64,000 bases of DNA. Source: an uncultured Arcobacter sp. (lineage in GTDB: Bacteria; Campylobacterota; Campylobacteria; Campylobacterales; Arcobacteraceae). The translations under genes and the position numbers were made by a program. The notes beneath the pieces are model-generated. The model saw only the letters and a program-made list of their open reading frames with translations, was not told where the DNA came from and did not search any database. The DNA is taken from NCBI GenBank assembly GCA_965140705.1, contig OZ223300.1:1120001-1184000 (forward strand), written 5' to 3'. Below, one piece after another: positions 1 through 10,059 of this stretch. Within the stretch, counting starts at the first letter, position 1; every line of letters begins with the position of its first letter.

Positions 1-537
1 TGCAAAGGCATGGGCTCTTCCCATATTTTGCCATACACCTTTTCCTGATGCATACATAAATGCTAAGTTACATTGGGCTTGAATATATCCTTGTTTTGAT
101 GAAGCTTCATACCATTTAACAGCCTCTTTATAATCCTTATCTATAACCAATCCTGTTGTTAAAAACATACCTATTTTATTTTCTGCTGGGGCATAACCTT
201 TTCTAGCAAGTTCAAGAAAATAAGAGAAGGCTTTTTGGGGATCATAAAAGTTTGTTTGGTTACTTAGATAAAAAAGACCTAGATTGTATGTTCCTTTAAT
301 ACTTCCCAAGTAAGAAGCTGCGCCAAAATACAACAAAGCCTTTTTATAATCTTTGAAAACATATTTGCCTTCAAAATATATTTTCCCTAATTCAAAATAA
401 GCATCTGGGTCATCTTTTAATGCTGCCTCTTCATAATTATTTATTAGTTCAAGACTTTTTATATCTTCTACTGTTGAAAGATTATCTTGTGCTATTAGTT
501 TAATTACACAAAAAAGTGATAATAGGTATTTTTTCAT
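1..537 (-). CDS. Sel1-like repeat (SLR) protein with signal peptide, 3' end runs off the window
   Basis: Not in the ORF track. Manual translation from the ATG at 537, which overlaps the alr TGA (ATGA): [17 protein letters not shown]...[12 protein letters not shown]...[12 protein letters not shown]...[15 protein letters not shown]. These are Sel1 repeat patterns. Confidence 0.85.
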   Translation of the reverse strand, partial: MKKYLLSLFCVIKLIAQDNLSTVEDIKSLELINNYEEAALKDDPDAYFELGKIYFEGKYVFKDYKKALLYFGAASYLGSIKGTYNLGLFYLSNQTNFYDPQKAFSYFLELARKGYAPAENKIGMFLTTGLVIDKDYKEAVKWYEASSKQGYIQAQCNLAFMYASGKGVWQNMGRAHAFA

Positions 538-1556
538 ATTACTTCCCTTTTTAATTCTGTACTTAATGTTGCTACTATTTCATAAGAAATTGTATTATGA
601 ATTTTTGCTAAAGATTTAGCATCATCGAAAATACAAACTTCTTCATCTTTTGAATTTAAAGATAAGTTATCCATTGATACTCTTCCAAGAACTTTAAATC
701 CCTTTGGAGTTTTGTAAGATTGATTTTCATTTATTCTTAAAAAGCCATCTCCATATCCAATATCATATGTTGAGATTTCAATATCTTTATCTGTTGTATA
801 TTTTCCTCCATATCCAACAGATTGATTTTTTTTCAAAGTTCTTGTTGCAATTTTTTTTGCCCAAAGTGATAAAACAGGTTTTAAATCTACTTTTTCAAAA
901 CTAGTATGATTTTCAAAATAACCATAAGTTGCTATACCAATTCTTGCAAAATCGTCATCAAAACTTTTTGTTCTAAATAGTGCAGCTGAGTTGCAAGAAT
1001 GGAATAAAGGTAGGGGTAAAAAAAGTTGTTCACATATTCTTTTCACTTCTTCTTTTACAAGCCCAAAATTGCGCTTTTGCCAAAAGAATTCACTATTAAG
1101 TTCATCTGCTCCTCTATGATGAGTCATGATACCAGTTAAATTTAAATTTTGGTTACAAATCCCATCAATAGCCACTTTAAGCTGGTCTTTAGATATACCG
1201 TTTCTGTGCATTCCTGTGTCAATTTTGAGGTGAACGTTCGTATTTTTAGGGATTTTATAAATTTGTTCAAGACTATTAATTACTATGTGAAAAGAATGTG
1301 AATAAGTGTGAAAATTAATCTCTGATAAAATTATTATATCTTCAAAAAAATCTTCAATTTTTAATGCTTCTTTAAGGTTTTTTACGACTGCTTTTTTTAT
1401 TCCAAACTCTTTTGCTATTTTTGAGATTTCTATAATCCCATGACCATATGCATTGTCTTTTAATACTACGGCAATTTTTTCTTTTGATCCAGCTTGTTTA
1501 GAAATAATCTCTAAGTTATGAATATAATTTTTTTTATTTATAATAATTTTAGACAA
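534..1556 (-). CDS. alr: Alanine racemase
   Basis: [15 protein letters not shown]-lysine motif, [23 protein letters not shown]. Confidence 0.95.
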   Translation of the reverse strand: MSKIIINKKNYIHNLEIISKQAGSKEKIAVVLKDNAYGHGIIEISKIAKEFGIKKAVVKNLKEALKIEDFFEDIIILSEINFHTYSHSFHIVINSLEQIYKIPKNTNVHLKIDTGMHRNGISKDQLKVAIDGICNQNLNLTGIMTHHRGADELNSEFFWQKRNFGLVKEEVKRICEQLFLPLPLFHSCNSAALFRTKSFDDDFARIGIATYGYFENHTSFEKVDLKPVLSLWAKKIATRTLKKNQSVGYGGKYTTDKDIEISTYDIGYGDGFLRINENQSYKTPKGFKVLGRVSMDNLSLNSKDEEVCIFDDAKSLAKIHNTISYEIVATLSTELKREVI

Positions 1557-1574
1557 TAACTTTACCTTGTTATT

Positions 1575-3407
1575 TTAGTTTTGATTAAAATGATTTGATA
1601 TTAGAATACTATCTTTTTCATTTAAAACCTCTTTTAAGGTTTCAACAGATGCTTCTTTTATTTTTTCAAAGGTTCCAAAATAAAGAAGTAATTTTTTAAC
1701 CTTTGCTTCTCCAATACCTTTTATATTTAACAAAGAGATTTGTTTATCTTCTGCCCTTTTTTGCTTTTTGTGAAAATTAATAACAAATCTATGGGCTTCA
1801 TCTCTTTGTCTTTGAACAAAGTGTAATCTTCTATCTGAAGTTAATAGTTTAACCGATTTGAATTCATTACCTTGTTTATAGTGAACAATATCTTTTGCAG
1901 CACCTTTTGCTCTATGTGCTTTAAAATCAATTTTCTCCTTGGCAACTGCTATGATATCAAGTTTCACACCAACTGATTCAACTATGTCATATGCAAGTTT
2001 CAACAAAGTAGAACCACCATCTATTATCCAAAGATCTGGCGCAGGATTTTTTTCAAAACTCTCAACTCTTCGTATTAGCATCTCTCTCATTTGAGAGTAT
2101 TCATCATGAGCTTCTAAATTATAGTGTCTAAAGTCACTTTTTAGAAATTTGTCATTATCCCAGACAACCATTGCCCCAACTGTTGCTTGTCCCATCATAT
2201 GTGAGTTGTCAAAGCTTTCAACTCTATTTGGAACTTGTGAGAGATTAAATAACTCTTTAATCTCTTCATAAAGTGTATTTGTACCTTTTACACTATCTAT
2301 TCTCAATAACTCATCACAGTTATTTAAAGCAATACCTACTATATCTCTTTTTTTCCCAACTTTAGGATTGATAATATTTATTTTTTTATTGAACTTGTTT
2401 TTTAAGAACTCTTCTATATCTTCTATTTCTTTAACTTCATCTCCTATTAGTATCTCTTTTGGAATAATAGGAATATCATTTGAATAATAGTTTATAATAG
2501 CTCTTTTGTATGCTTCTTCGTAATCAAACTCTTCTGTTTCTTCAACATTTGATTTTAGGAAGTCATGGGATGAAGAAGTTAATTTTCCATCTCTTATAAA
2601 CATTCTTACAATTACAGCTTTTGAATTGATATTTTTGATAGCAAATATATCTAAGTTGTCGTTTGTAGCCAAATCCATACCAGTTTTTATCTCTGATTTT
2701 TCTATAGTTTTTATTCTATCTCTTATTTTCATAGCCTCTTCAAAACGAAATTCATCTGAATACTCTTGCATTTTTGTTTTTAGTTTTGAAATAAGTTTTG
2801 ATTTATTATAGATGTATTCCATAGAGTCATTTAAGATATTTGCATACTCTTCTTTTGAAACTCTATTTTCGCAAGGTGCTAAACATTTTTTGATTTGAAA
2901 AAATAAGCAAGCCTCTTTTCCTTTGATACATGCTTTCTTTTGTACAAGGGGGAAAGTTTCGTAAATTGAGTCTAATATATCCCTTGCACCAGTTGAGTAT
3001 GGACCAAAATATTTTATATTTGAACCTTTTAAAACTTTTCTAGTAATTTCTAATCTTGGAAAATCCTCATTCAAATCAACATAAATATAAGGGTAAGTTT
3101 TATCATCACGTAGAAGAATATTATATTTTGGCTTTAACTGTTTTATTAGAGAGTTTTCTAAAATCAGAGCATCATGTTCATTTGGTACTACAATCCATTC
3201 ACACGATTCTACTTCTGTTATCATTTTATAAATTCTAGGACCTAATTTATCAGCAGGTCGAAGTTCGGGAGTAAATTTGAAGTATGATTTAACTCTATTT
3301 TTTAAAACTTTTGCTTTCCCCACATAAAGTAAATGTCCATCTTTATCAAAGTATTGATATACACCTGCATCATTTGGAAGCTGTTTAAGTTTGTTTTCTA
3401 AATCCAT
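1575..3407 (-). CDS. uvrC: Excinuclease ABC subunit C
   Basis: N-terminal GIY-YIG domain (GVYQY...YVGKAK.LKNRVKSYF), UVR domain, RNase H-like domain (FDNSH, IIDGG, RDEAHRF), C-terminal HhH. Confidence 0.98.
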   Translation of the reverse strand: MDLENKLKQLPNDAGVYQYFDKDGHLLYVGKAKVLKNRVKSYFKFTPELRPADKLGPRIYKMITEVESCEWIVVPNEHDALILENSLIKQLKPKYNILLRDDKTYPYIYVDLNEDFPRLEITRKVLKGSNIKYFGPYSTGARDILDSIYETFPLVQKKACIKGKEACLFFQIKKCLAPCENRVSKEEYANILNDSMEYIYNKSKLISKLKTKMQEYSDEFRFEEAMKIRDRIKTIEKSEIKTGMDLATNDNLDIFAIKNINSKAVIVRMFIRDGKLTSSSHDFLKSNVEETEEFDYEEAYKRAIINYYSNDIPIIPKEILIGDEVKEIEDIEEFLKNKFNKKINIINPKVGKKRDIVGIALNNCDELLRIDSVKGTNTLYEEIKELFNLSQVPNRVESFDNSHMMGQATVGAMVVWDNDKFLKSDFRHYNLEAHDEYSQMREMLIRRVESFEKNPAPDLWIIDGGSTLLKLAYDIVESVGVKLDIIAVAKEKIDFKAHRAKGAAKDIVHYKQGNEFKSVKLLTSDRRLHFVQRQRDEAHRFVINFHKKQKRAEDKQISLLNIKGIGEAKVKKLLLYFGTFEKIKEASVETLKEVLNEKDSILISNHFNQN

Positions 3408-3528
3408 ATTGGAATATTAGCGAAAAAAGCCTTTTTAAATGTTGTAATTTTGCTAAATTTTTAAGTTAAAATCTAAAGTTAAATCTAAAGCTTATTTAGT
3501 AAGAATAATATCATGTAAGGAGTTTATA

Positions 3529-3921
3529 ATGCCACATTTGCAATTTGAGATAAATAAAAAAGTAAGCGATGATATTAAAAAAAGTTTTTGTGAAAAGATA
3601 AGAGAATCTTTTTCCAAAATCATGGATACCCAAACAGGTCATATTGCTATTTCTATAAGAGAATATGAACCTTTTAACTTATCTATTGGAAGAGTTGATA
3701 TTGGTGATGAAGTCTGTTTGATGAACTTAGATATAAGAGAAGGGCGAACAATCGAAAAAAGAAGAGAGTTGGCTTTAGTATATATGAGCATAGTAAAAGA
3801 TGAATTTAAAATACCAAATAACAATCAATATATAACTTTCACCCAACACGATGGAGAAGACTTTCATTTGATAGAAAAGTATTTATCTTCTTGGGCAAGT
3901 GGAGAAGACCCTTTGGCTTAA
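3529..3921 (+). CDS. Tautomerase/MIF superfamily protein
   Basis: Starts MPH (catalytic Pro-1 after Met removal), GRTIEKRRELA motif, AAGGAG RBS. Confidence 0.7.
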   Translation: MPHLQFEINKKVSDDIKKSFCEKIRESFSKIMDTQTGHIAISIREYEPFNLSIGRVDIGDEVCLMNLDIREGRTIEKRRELALVYMSIVKDEFKIPNNNQYITFTQHDGEDFHLIEKYLSSWASGEDPLA

Positions 3922-3968
3922 GTTATATTAATCATATATTTGGTACATTTCTTTTTTAATTAGGAGTA

Positions 3969-4250
3969 ATGTTGAGTATTATAAAACAAACAATTTATCA
4001 ATCAAGAAAAAATAAAGAGAAAGAGTTAGAAATAAAGTTATACAATTTAAAAAATTCATTGGTAAATTTTGAAGCCTGTGATTATTTTGGCGTGTATAAA
4101 TCAGATGATTGTAATGATGAATTTTTAGTTTATGAAGAGTGGAAAAGTGAAGAAGACTATATATCTTCACAAAGTAGTGAAGCATATAAGTCTTTTGAAA
4201 AAACTTATGATGAATTGGTATTAAAAAAACACAATTTACCAGTTTTTTGA
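3969..4250 (+). CDS. Antibiotic biosynthesis monooxygenase (ABM)-like protein
   Basis: 93 aa, FLVYEEWKSEE motif typical of the ABM/YgiN fold, AGGAG RBS. Confidence 0.65.
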   Translation: MLSIIKQTIYQSRKNKEKELEIKLYNLKNSLVNFEACDYFGVYKSDDCNDEFLVYEEWKSEEDYISSQSSEAYKSFEKTYDELVLKKHNLPVF

Positions 4251-4263
4251 TTTAATAAAATAT

Positions 4264-4734
4264 CTATTTATAGATATTAAGAAGTACATCTTTGTAGTGA
4301 TTTAACTCTTGCATTAGTTCATCACCGTTGTTATTAATATCTGGATGATACTTCTTAGCTAATTCTTTGTACTTTCTTTTTATCTCTTCCCTTGTTGGTT
4401 CACTTGTAAACCCAAAAAAATCTTTTGCCTTTTGAACTTCACTCATTGAAGGTTGTGCTTTAAAATTACCACTTTGAAAATCTTCATAATTGAATTTAAA
4501 ACCTTGATTTGCACCTTGGCTAAAATCCCTTCCATTAAAATGAAATTCGAATCCTTGGGTTCTTGCTTGTTCTTTTATGCTTTTTATTTTTTTGTAAATG
4601 AAAAAATAAATTAGTAATACAACTACCGCTATTGCAATTAAAAAAGTACCAAAATTTGTAAATATAAGATAAAGTATAAAAAATAGTATCGAAAATCTTA
4701 TTAGTCTAGAAAAAAAATAGTCAATATTTCCCAT
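4264..4734 (-). CDS. Membrane-anchored J-domain protein
   Basis: Two N-terminal hydrophobic helices, F/Q/G-rich linker, C-terminal J domain with KKYHPD. Confidence 0.85.
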   Translation of the reverse strand: MGNIDYFFSRLIRFSILFFILYLIFTNFGTFLIAIAVVVLLIYFFIYKKIKSIKEQARTQGFEFHFNGRDFSQGANQGFKFNYEDFQSGNFKAQPSMSEVQKAKDFFGFTSEPTREEIKRKYKELAKKYHPDINNNGDELMQELNHYKDVLLNIYK

Positions 4735-5231
4735 AAAAAATTGTATTCCTTGTAAAATTTATATTGAAGTATATCTACTTTTGTTTGTTTCTATTATTAA
4801 TGAAGGTTACAATTTTTAAATGTATTTAGTCGATTTACTTAAATAATGGTTTTGTAAATACTTAATAATTAGTCTTTTTCTTTTATATCAAACTATATAA
4901 TTTTTTTGTGTAACATTTAGTTTAATTGTTACTTTTAATCAACCCCAATATTTAACAAAAGTTTTATATAAAAGCGAATAAATAAAAGAACTTTAAATAT
5001 TATTTTCAAGTTTATTTATTCTTTTCTTTAATAAATACTTTTAAATAAATTGCAAAAATATCGATAATAGCTTTAATTTATAAATATTATAATATAAGTA
5101 AAGGTTCTTGGCAATTATTATTTTAATAAAATAGTTGAATTCTTAATACATAATTAAATTATATAATTGTAATATTAATTATATAAGTATTTAAAAAATT
5201 TTGGTATTATTATCATAATTAGGATAATATA

Positions 5232-5498
5232 ATGGACTATGATGAGTTTCAAAAGGCTGTTGATACCTTAGGTATTATAACAAAGCTTGATTTTAAAGGT
5301 TTGAGAAAGAACTATTTACGATTATCAAAGAAGTATCACCCTGATGCCGAAGATGGTAGTGAAGAGAAGTTTAAAGAGGTAAATGAAGCTTATATTCTTT
5401 TAAAAGCTTATATTGAAAACTATAGATTTTCTTTTGAGAAAGATGAATTTTTAAGTCAATATCCCTCATTTACAAATTATAAAAATTGGAATAGATAA
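5232..5498 (+). CDS. Small stand-alone J-domain protein
   Basis: 88 aa, YLRLSKKYHPD...FKEVNEAY. Confidence 0.85.
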   Translation: MDYDEFQKAVDTLGIITKLDFKGLRKNYLRLSKKYHPDAEDGSEEKFKEVNEAYILLKAYIENYRFSFEKDEFLSQYPSFTNYKNWNR

Positions 5499-5506
5499 AG
5501 GAAACT

Positions 5507-6379
5507 ATGATGTTTGATAAAAGAAAAGCCAAAGAACTTGTTTTAGGAGCTTTAATTGCTGATTCTTACTGTTTAGCTTCTCATTGGATATATGATGAGA
5601 AAGACCTTAAAAACTTGCAAATTAATTGGGAAGATTTAAACAATGCTTGCTCAATTTGGCACAAAGGTAAAAAAGCAGGGGAATTTACACATTATGGAGA
5701 TCAGCTTTATTTTTTATATGAATTTGTAAGTGAAAATGATACTTTTGATTTAGAAAAATATGTCCATTTTTGGAAAGATAAAATGGAAAAATATGATGGC
5801 TATATTGATGGAGCTACAAGAGTTACTTTGGAAAATATTAATGCAAATAAACCTATTCCTTGTGGTTCTAATTCTACTGATATCTCAGTTATAGGAAGAA
5901 TAACTCCTTTATTACTTATTAGTAAAACAAAAAATGAATTTCTTCAAAATGTTGAGAAGTTTGTTAAAGCAACACATGATTCTACAATAGTTGTAGAAGG
6001 TGCTAAATTTTTTGCAAAAGTTTTACTTGATGTATTAGAAGATATTGAGATGATGGAATCAATAAAAGAAAGAAAAGATGAATTTTCATCTACTATTCAA
6101 AAATATGTTAAAGATGGATTGGCAACTATAGATGAAGAAAGTTTTGATGTAATAAGAAAATTTGGTCCAGCTTGTGGAATAGATGAAGCTTTTAGTGGAG
6201 TTATTCATCTTTTAGGTAAATATACAAACTTTAAAGAAGCTCTAATAAAAAATGCCCAAGCAGGTGGTGATAACTCTGCACGGGCTATGATATTATCGAT
6301 GTTTTTTATAGCTAGATATGGATTAAAGGTAATACCAAAAAATCTTACTAAAATAAAAGTTCAAATAGATATTTCTTAA
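5507..6379 (+). CDS. ADP-ribosylglycohydrolase family protein (DraG/ARH-like)
   Basis: GALIADS N-terminus, KAGEFTHYGDQ, ATH, NAQAGGDNSAR. Confidence 0.8.
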   Translation: MMFDKRKAKELVLGALIADSYCLASHWIYDEKDLKNLQINWEDLNNACSIWHKGKKAGEFTHYGDQLYFLYEFVSENDTFDLEKYVHFWKDKMEKYDGYIDGATRVTLENINANKPIPCGSNSTDISVIGRITPLLLISKTKNEFLQNVEKFVKATHDSTIVVEGAKFFAKVLLDVLEDIEMMESIKERKDEFSSTIQKYVKDGLATIDEESFDVIRKFGPACGIDEAFSGVIHLLGKYTNFKEALIKNAQAGGDNSARAMILSMFFIARYGLKVIPKNLTKIKVQIDIS

Positions 6380-6999
6380 AAATAAATATTTGAACTTAAG
6401 TTCTCTATTTGGCTCAAAATCTTTTCTACATTGTTATATTGGATATTTATAGGGTATAACTCTTTTTTATACTGTAATACTAAAGAGGGAAAACTATTAA
6501 CTTTTAGTTCTCTTCTTTTATTTAACTCTTTTTGAAGTAATTGTTCTATTTTTTCACTTGTTAAATCATTTGTAAATTTTTCTATATCTAGTTCTAACTC
6601 TTTTGCAAGAGTAATCAAAGTCTCTTTATCACTTGGATTTTTTGCTTCAAGGTAATATGCTTTTTGGATTGCATTTATCATCTCGTCTTCCATATTTTGT
6701 TCTTTTGCACAAAGTACTGCTTTACAAGCAGGATAGGTTGAACGTCTTGGTTTACAAAGCTTCCAAAAATCATGGTTAAACTTTGTCCCTGTAAATTTCT
6801 CAATGTCATACCAAATAGCTTGAATTTTCTCTTGCATCTCTTTTGGCATTATTTCATCACTCTCTTTCGCCAACCCACCTAATATATTTATCACTTCAAT
6901 ATTAGTTGGTAATCTTTTTTTTAAGTTATCAAACTCTTTTTTAAAGGCATAACACCAAGAGCACATGGGGTCGTGGACATAGTATAGTTTATTTTTCAT
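6376..6999 (-). CDS. DsbA family (FrnE-like) thioredoxin-fold protein
   Basis: DPMCSWCY CxxC motif, cis-Pro SFPS. Confidence 0.85.
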   Translation of the reverse strand: MKNKLYYVHDPMCSWCYAFKKEFDNLKKRLPTNIEVINILGGLAKESDEIMPKEMQEKIQAIWYDIEKFTGTKFNHDFWKLCKPRRSTYPACKAVLCAKEQNMEDEMINAIQKAYYLEAKNPSDKETLITLAKELELDIEKFTNDLTSEKIEQLLQKELNKRRELKVNSFPSLVLQYKKELYPINIQYNNVEKILSQIENLSSNIYF

Positions 7000-7104
7000 A
7001 AAATTATTTTACCTCTTTATATCTTTAAAGAGTTGAAATTTTTACATTAAGGGATATAAAATAAAATATTTATATAATGTTACATTAATTAGGAGTGAAA
7101 TATT

Positions 7105-7548
7105 ATGGAAAATGTTTTAAATAGGTTTTACAAAGATAAACACTATATTGAGATTATTCTTGCTGGGGGCTTTTTTCTAATTGCTTTATATTATCATATG
7201 CTAATGGATTTTATTATCTATATGTTATATTTTGTAATATTCTTAGAAATAACAAGAACGGTCATAAATTATATTAGAGAGCAGACAGTTGTACTTTCTA
7301 TCATTGTTGATGCCTTTATTATTCTTACTTTAAGAGAGTTAATAGTAAATGTTGTAAAAATCAATAATGAAAAATTAGATTCATTTGATGATCTTATGTC
7401 AAGTACATTGAATTGGAATATTTTTATAATTGCAGGTGTAATAATATTTTTATTGCTTGTTAGATATTTGTCAGTAAAAACTTCTGAAACATATATGTTA
7501 AATAAGAAAAAAAAAGAAGATAGTAAGAAACATGATGAACTATCATGA
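7105..7548 (+). CDS. Phosphate-starvation-inducible PsiE family membrane protein
   Basis: Four hydrophobic segments, LEITRT...IVDAFIILTLRE pattern. Confidence 0.6.
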   Translation: MENVLNRFYKDKHYIEIILAGGFFLIALYYHMLMDFIIYMLYFVIFLEITRTVINYIREQTVVLSIIVDAFIILTLRELIVNVVKINNEKLDSFDDLMSSTLNWNIFIIAGVIIFLLLVRYLSVKTSETYMLNKKKKEDSKKHDELS

Positions 7549-8419
7549 ACCTTTATATAGACCACCAGCTGAAGCTAACTCTTTAATCTTACAAATTACA
7601 TTGGGCTGTAGCTTTAATAAATGTAGCTTCTGTTCAATGTACGAAACAAAAAAATTTGAAATCAAAAGTATAGATAAAATCATAAAAGAGATTGACGACT
7701 TTTCTATATATAAAGATGTAAAAAGAGTATTTTTAGCCGATGGTGATGCTTTAGCCTGTGATACAGATTTTTTAGTACAGATTCTAAGTTATCTAAAAAA
7801 ATCATTTCCAAAATTACAAAGAGTAGCTTCATATGCAAGTCCATATAACCTCTTAGAAAAGAGTCAAGTAGAATTAAATTTATTAAGAGAAAATGGCTTG
7901 AGTTTAGTTTATTATGGAATTGAAAGTGGAAACCATGAATTACTAAAATATATAAATAAACCTATGAAACCAAGTAAAATGGTAGAGGGTATAAATAAAG
8001 CCTATTATGCAAATATGAAAATATCTGCCACAGTAATACTTGGACTTGGTGGAAAGAAATTATCAATACAGCATATAGAAGATACAGCAAAGTTAGTAAG
8101 TGAATGTGAACATATAAATTATCTATCTACTTTACAATTAGCAGTAAGTAGTACAAAAGAAGATGACTTTTTTAAAAGGTTTGAAAACAAAAATCAAGAA
8201 TTTGTTTTTTGTAGTGATAAAGATATCTTAGAGGAACAAAAAAGATTTATAAGTCTAATTACTCCAAAAAGTCCGATAATTTTTAGATCAAATCACGCCT
8301 CAAATGCTTTAGCACTAAAAGGTACACTTCCAAAAGATAAGAATGAGTTATTAGAGACTTTAGACAAAGCTATAGAAGATGATTCTATGCTTCGTCCAAA
8401 ATTTTTACGAGGTTTTTAA
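7532..8419 (+). CDS. Radical SAM protein
   Basis: RPPAEANS...GCSFNKCSFCSMY Cys cluster, FLADGDAL, GIESG, FRSNHASN. Confidence 0.9.
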   Translation: MMNYHEPLYRPPAEANSLILQITLGCSFNKCSFCSMYETKKFEIKSIDKIIKEIDDFSIYKDVKRVFLADGDALACDTDFLVQILSYLKKSFPKLQRVASYASPYNLLEKSQVELNLLRENGLSLVYYGIESGNHELLKYINKPMKPSKMVEGINKAYYANMKISATVILGLGGKKLSIQHIEDTAKLVSECEHINYLSTLQLAVSSTKEDDFFKRFENKNQEFVFCSDKDILEEQKRFISLITPKSPIIFRSNHASNALALKGTLPKDKNELLETLDKAIEDDSMLRPKFLRGF

Positions 8420-8426
8420 AACCTTG

Positions 8427-8630
8427 TTATTTTTTAGATTTTTTCTTTGAATCTTTTTTCTTAGACTTCTTTTTTGAGTCTTTTTTCTTAGCTTTTACAG
8501 CTTTTTTTGCTTTCTTTTTTTTATCTAGTTTTTTCTTTTTAATAACTTTCTTTTTCTCTTTTTTAGTTGCTTTTTTCTTAGCAGCTTTTTTAGCTTTTAA
8601 TTTTTTCTCTTCTTCTTTTTTCTTTGCCAT
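8427..8630 (-). CDS. Lysine-rich basic microprotein (histone H1-like composition)
   Basis: 67 aa with 41 Lys; AAGGAG RBS shortly upstream of the ATG; own upstream spacer. Confidence 0.7.
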   Translation of the reverse strand: MAKKKEEEKKLKAKKAAKKKATKKEKKKVIKKKKLDKKKKAKKAVKAKKKDSKKKSKKKDSKKKSKK

Positions 8631-8791
8631 TTTTATGACTCCTTATATAAAATATAGAGAATAGTACTACTTTATATGATTAATGTCAATAAAATATTAG
8701 TAAAATATCAAAATAATATCAATTTGTAATATTTTTTAGTCCAATAAATATAATATATTAAAATGCTCTTATAAATAATAGGAGTATATTT

Positions 8792-9301
8792 ATGGAAAAA
8801 CTAGCAATAGAGGTAATAAACTCAAAGATATATACAATACGTGGTGAAAAAGTTATGTTGGATAGTGACTTGGCAAAACTTTATGAAGTTGAGACAAAAG
8901 TATTAAATCAAGCAGTAAAAAGAAATATTGAAAGGTTTCCAAGTGACTTTTTATTTAAATTGTCAGAAAAAGAGTTAGAAAATTTGCGGTCACAATTTGT
9001 GACCACAAACTTTTCAAAAACAAGAACAACTCCAAATGCTTTTACTGAGCAAGGTGTCTATATGTTAGCAACAGTCTTAAAAAGTAAAGTTGCAATAGAT
9101 ATTAATATTCAAATTATGAGAACTTTTACAGCACTAAGAAGATATGCTTTGACCTATGATGAATTTGCTAAAAAAATAGAACAGATTGAATCAAGGGTAA
9201 GGGAAGGTGAAGATACTGATAGTAGGATAATTGAGGTTTTGAATGAGTTGATGAGGGAGGATAGTAATAATGAGGATAGGAAGATTGGGTTTGTGAAATA
9301 A
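8792..9301 (+). CDS. ORF6N-domain DNA-binding protein
   Basis: IRGEKVMLDSDLAKLYEVETKVLNQAVKRNIERFPSDF...AFTEQGVYMLATVLKS, C-terminal RKIGF. Confidence 0.9.
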   Translation: MEKLAIEVINSKIYTIRGEKVMLDSDLAKLYEVETKVLNQAVKRNIERFPSDFLFKLSEKELENLRSQFVTTNFSKTRTTPNAFTEQGVYMLATVLKSKVAIDINIQIMRTFTALRRYALTYDEFAKKIEQIESRVREGEDTDSRIIEVLNELMREDSNNEDRKIGFVK

Positions 9302-9311
9302 AAGATAGCAC

Positions 9312-9818
9312 TCTCTTGAAGAGGTAAACCTCTCCGCTTTCTTACTTTTGTATTGACGAAAAGTAAGCAAAAGCAACTACAGCTTCGGAGGCAAAGCTTC
9401 CCTCATTTATTATTTATCTTTTCTGACTTGCAAAACTCACATAAAAATATGCTCTTTAGCATATTTGTTCTGTTCAAACAATTACAAGTATTTTCCGAAA
9501 AGAGAAATAAACATTCGGCTCCTGTAGATGTAGCAATATTATTTGGTGTCTATATATTACTTCATAAATAAAAATTTGAACTATAGGTATTTCTTTCTGC
9601 CTTTGATGAAGCTGGAAGGTAGATGTTTATTTTCGATAAAGCCCGAAACTGTTTGAACGTTAAAAAATGACCTAAACGGTCATTTTAGTGAGTTTTGTAG
9701 GGCAGGAAATAAATATTTAACTGGAAGGTAGCTTTGCCTTCATCAATTCGGCAGTCTTTTTTACTTACTTTTTCGAGACCAAAAAGTAAGAAGAGCGAAG
9801 ACCTTTAGGTGTTCATGA
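9312..9818 (-). mobile_element. Structured non-coding dispersed repeat (MITE/REPIN-like), copy 1
   Basis: Reverse complement aligns end to end with 51838-52436 and 54445-54974; imperfect ~60 bp terminal inverted repeats made of hairpins; no conserved ORF. Confidence 0.85.
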
Positions 9819-10059
9819 TATAAATATAAGAAAATGTAGTTTTTATCACAATTTTGATAAATAGGTGTACATTATGTTGTTCTATTGGGTAAATATAGGG
9901 GTAAACCATACATGAAATTTCAAAAATATACTTTGGAAATATATCAACACAGACAAATTAAAATCAATAATTCTAAGAAGAGCTTATATAAAGGCTTTTA
10001 TTTAATATAATAAACCAACATTTATCATGTTATAAATATCACTAATTTAAGGCTATTTT

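Noticed and set aside
4735..5231. 497-bp very AT-rich spacer as a replication origin or ncRNA
   Set aside because: No DnaA-box cluster or stable structure seen; adequately explained as a divergent promoter region.
9191..9376. 61-aa minus-strand ORF
   Set aside because: Antisense to the ORF6N 3' end and runs into the repeat; a by-product of the G-rich strand.
9353..9571. 72-aa ORF inside repeat copy 1
   Set aside because: Lies within the structured repeat, has no RBS, and the frame is broken in copy 3 (A5 versus A4 run). No equivalent ORF is listed for copies 2 and 3.
9312..9818. Repeat interpreted as a CRISPR array, tRNA/rRNA, or autonomous IS
   Set aside because: No regularly spaced direct repeats with unique spacers, no cloverleaf or rRNA motifs, no transposase ORF.
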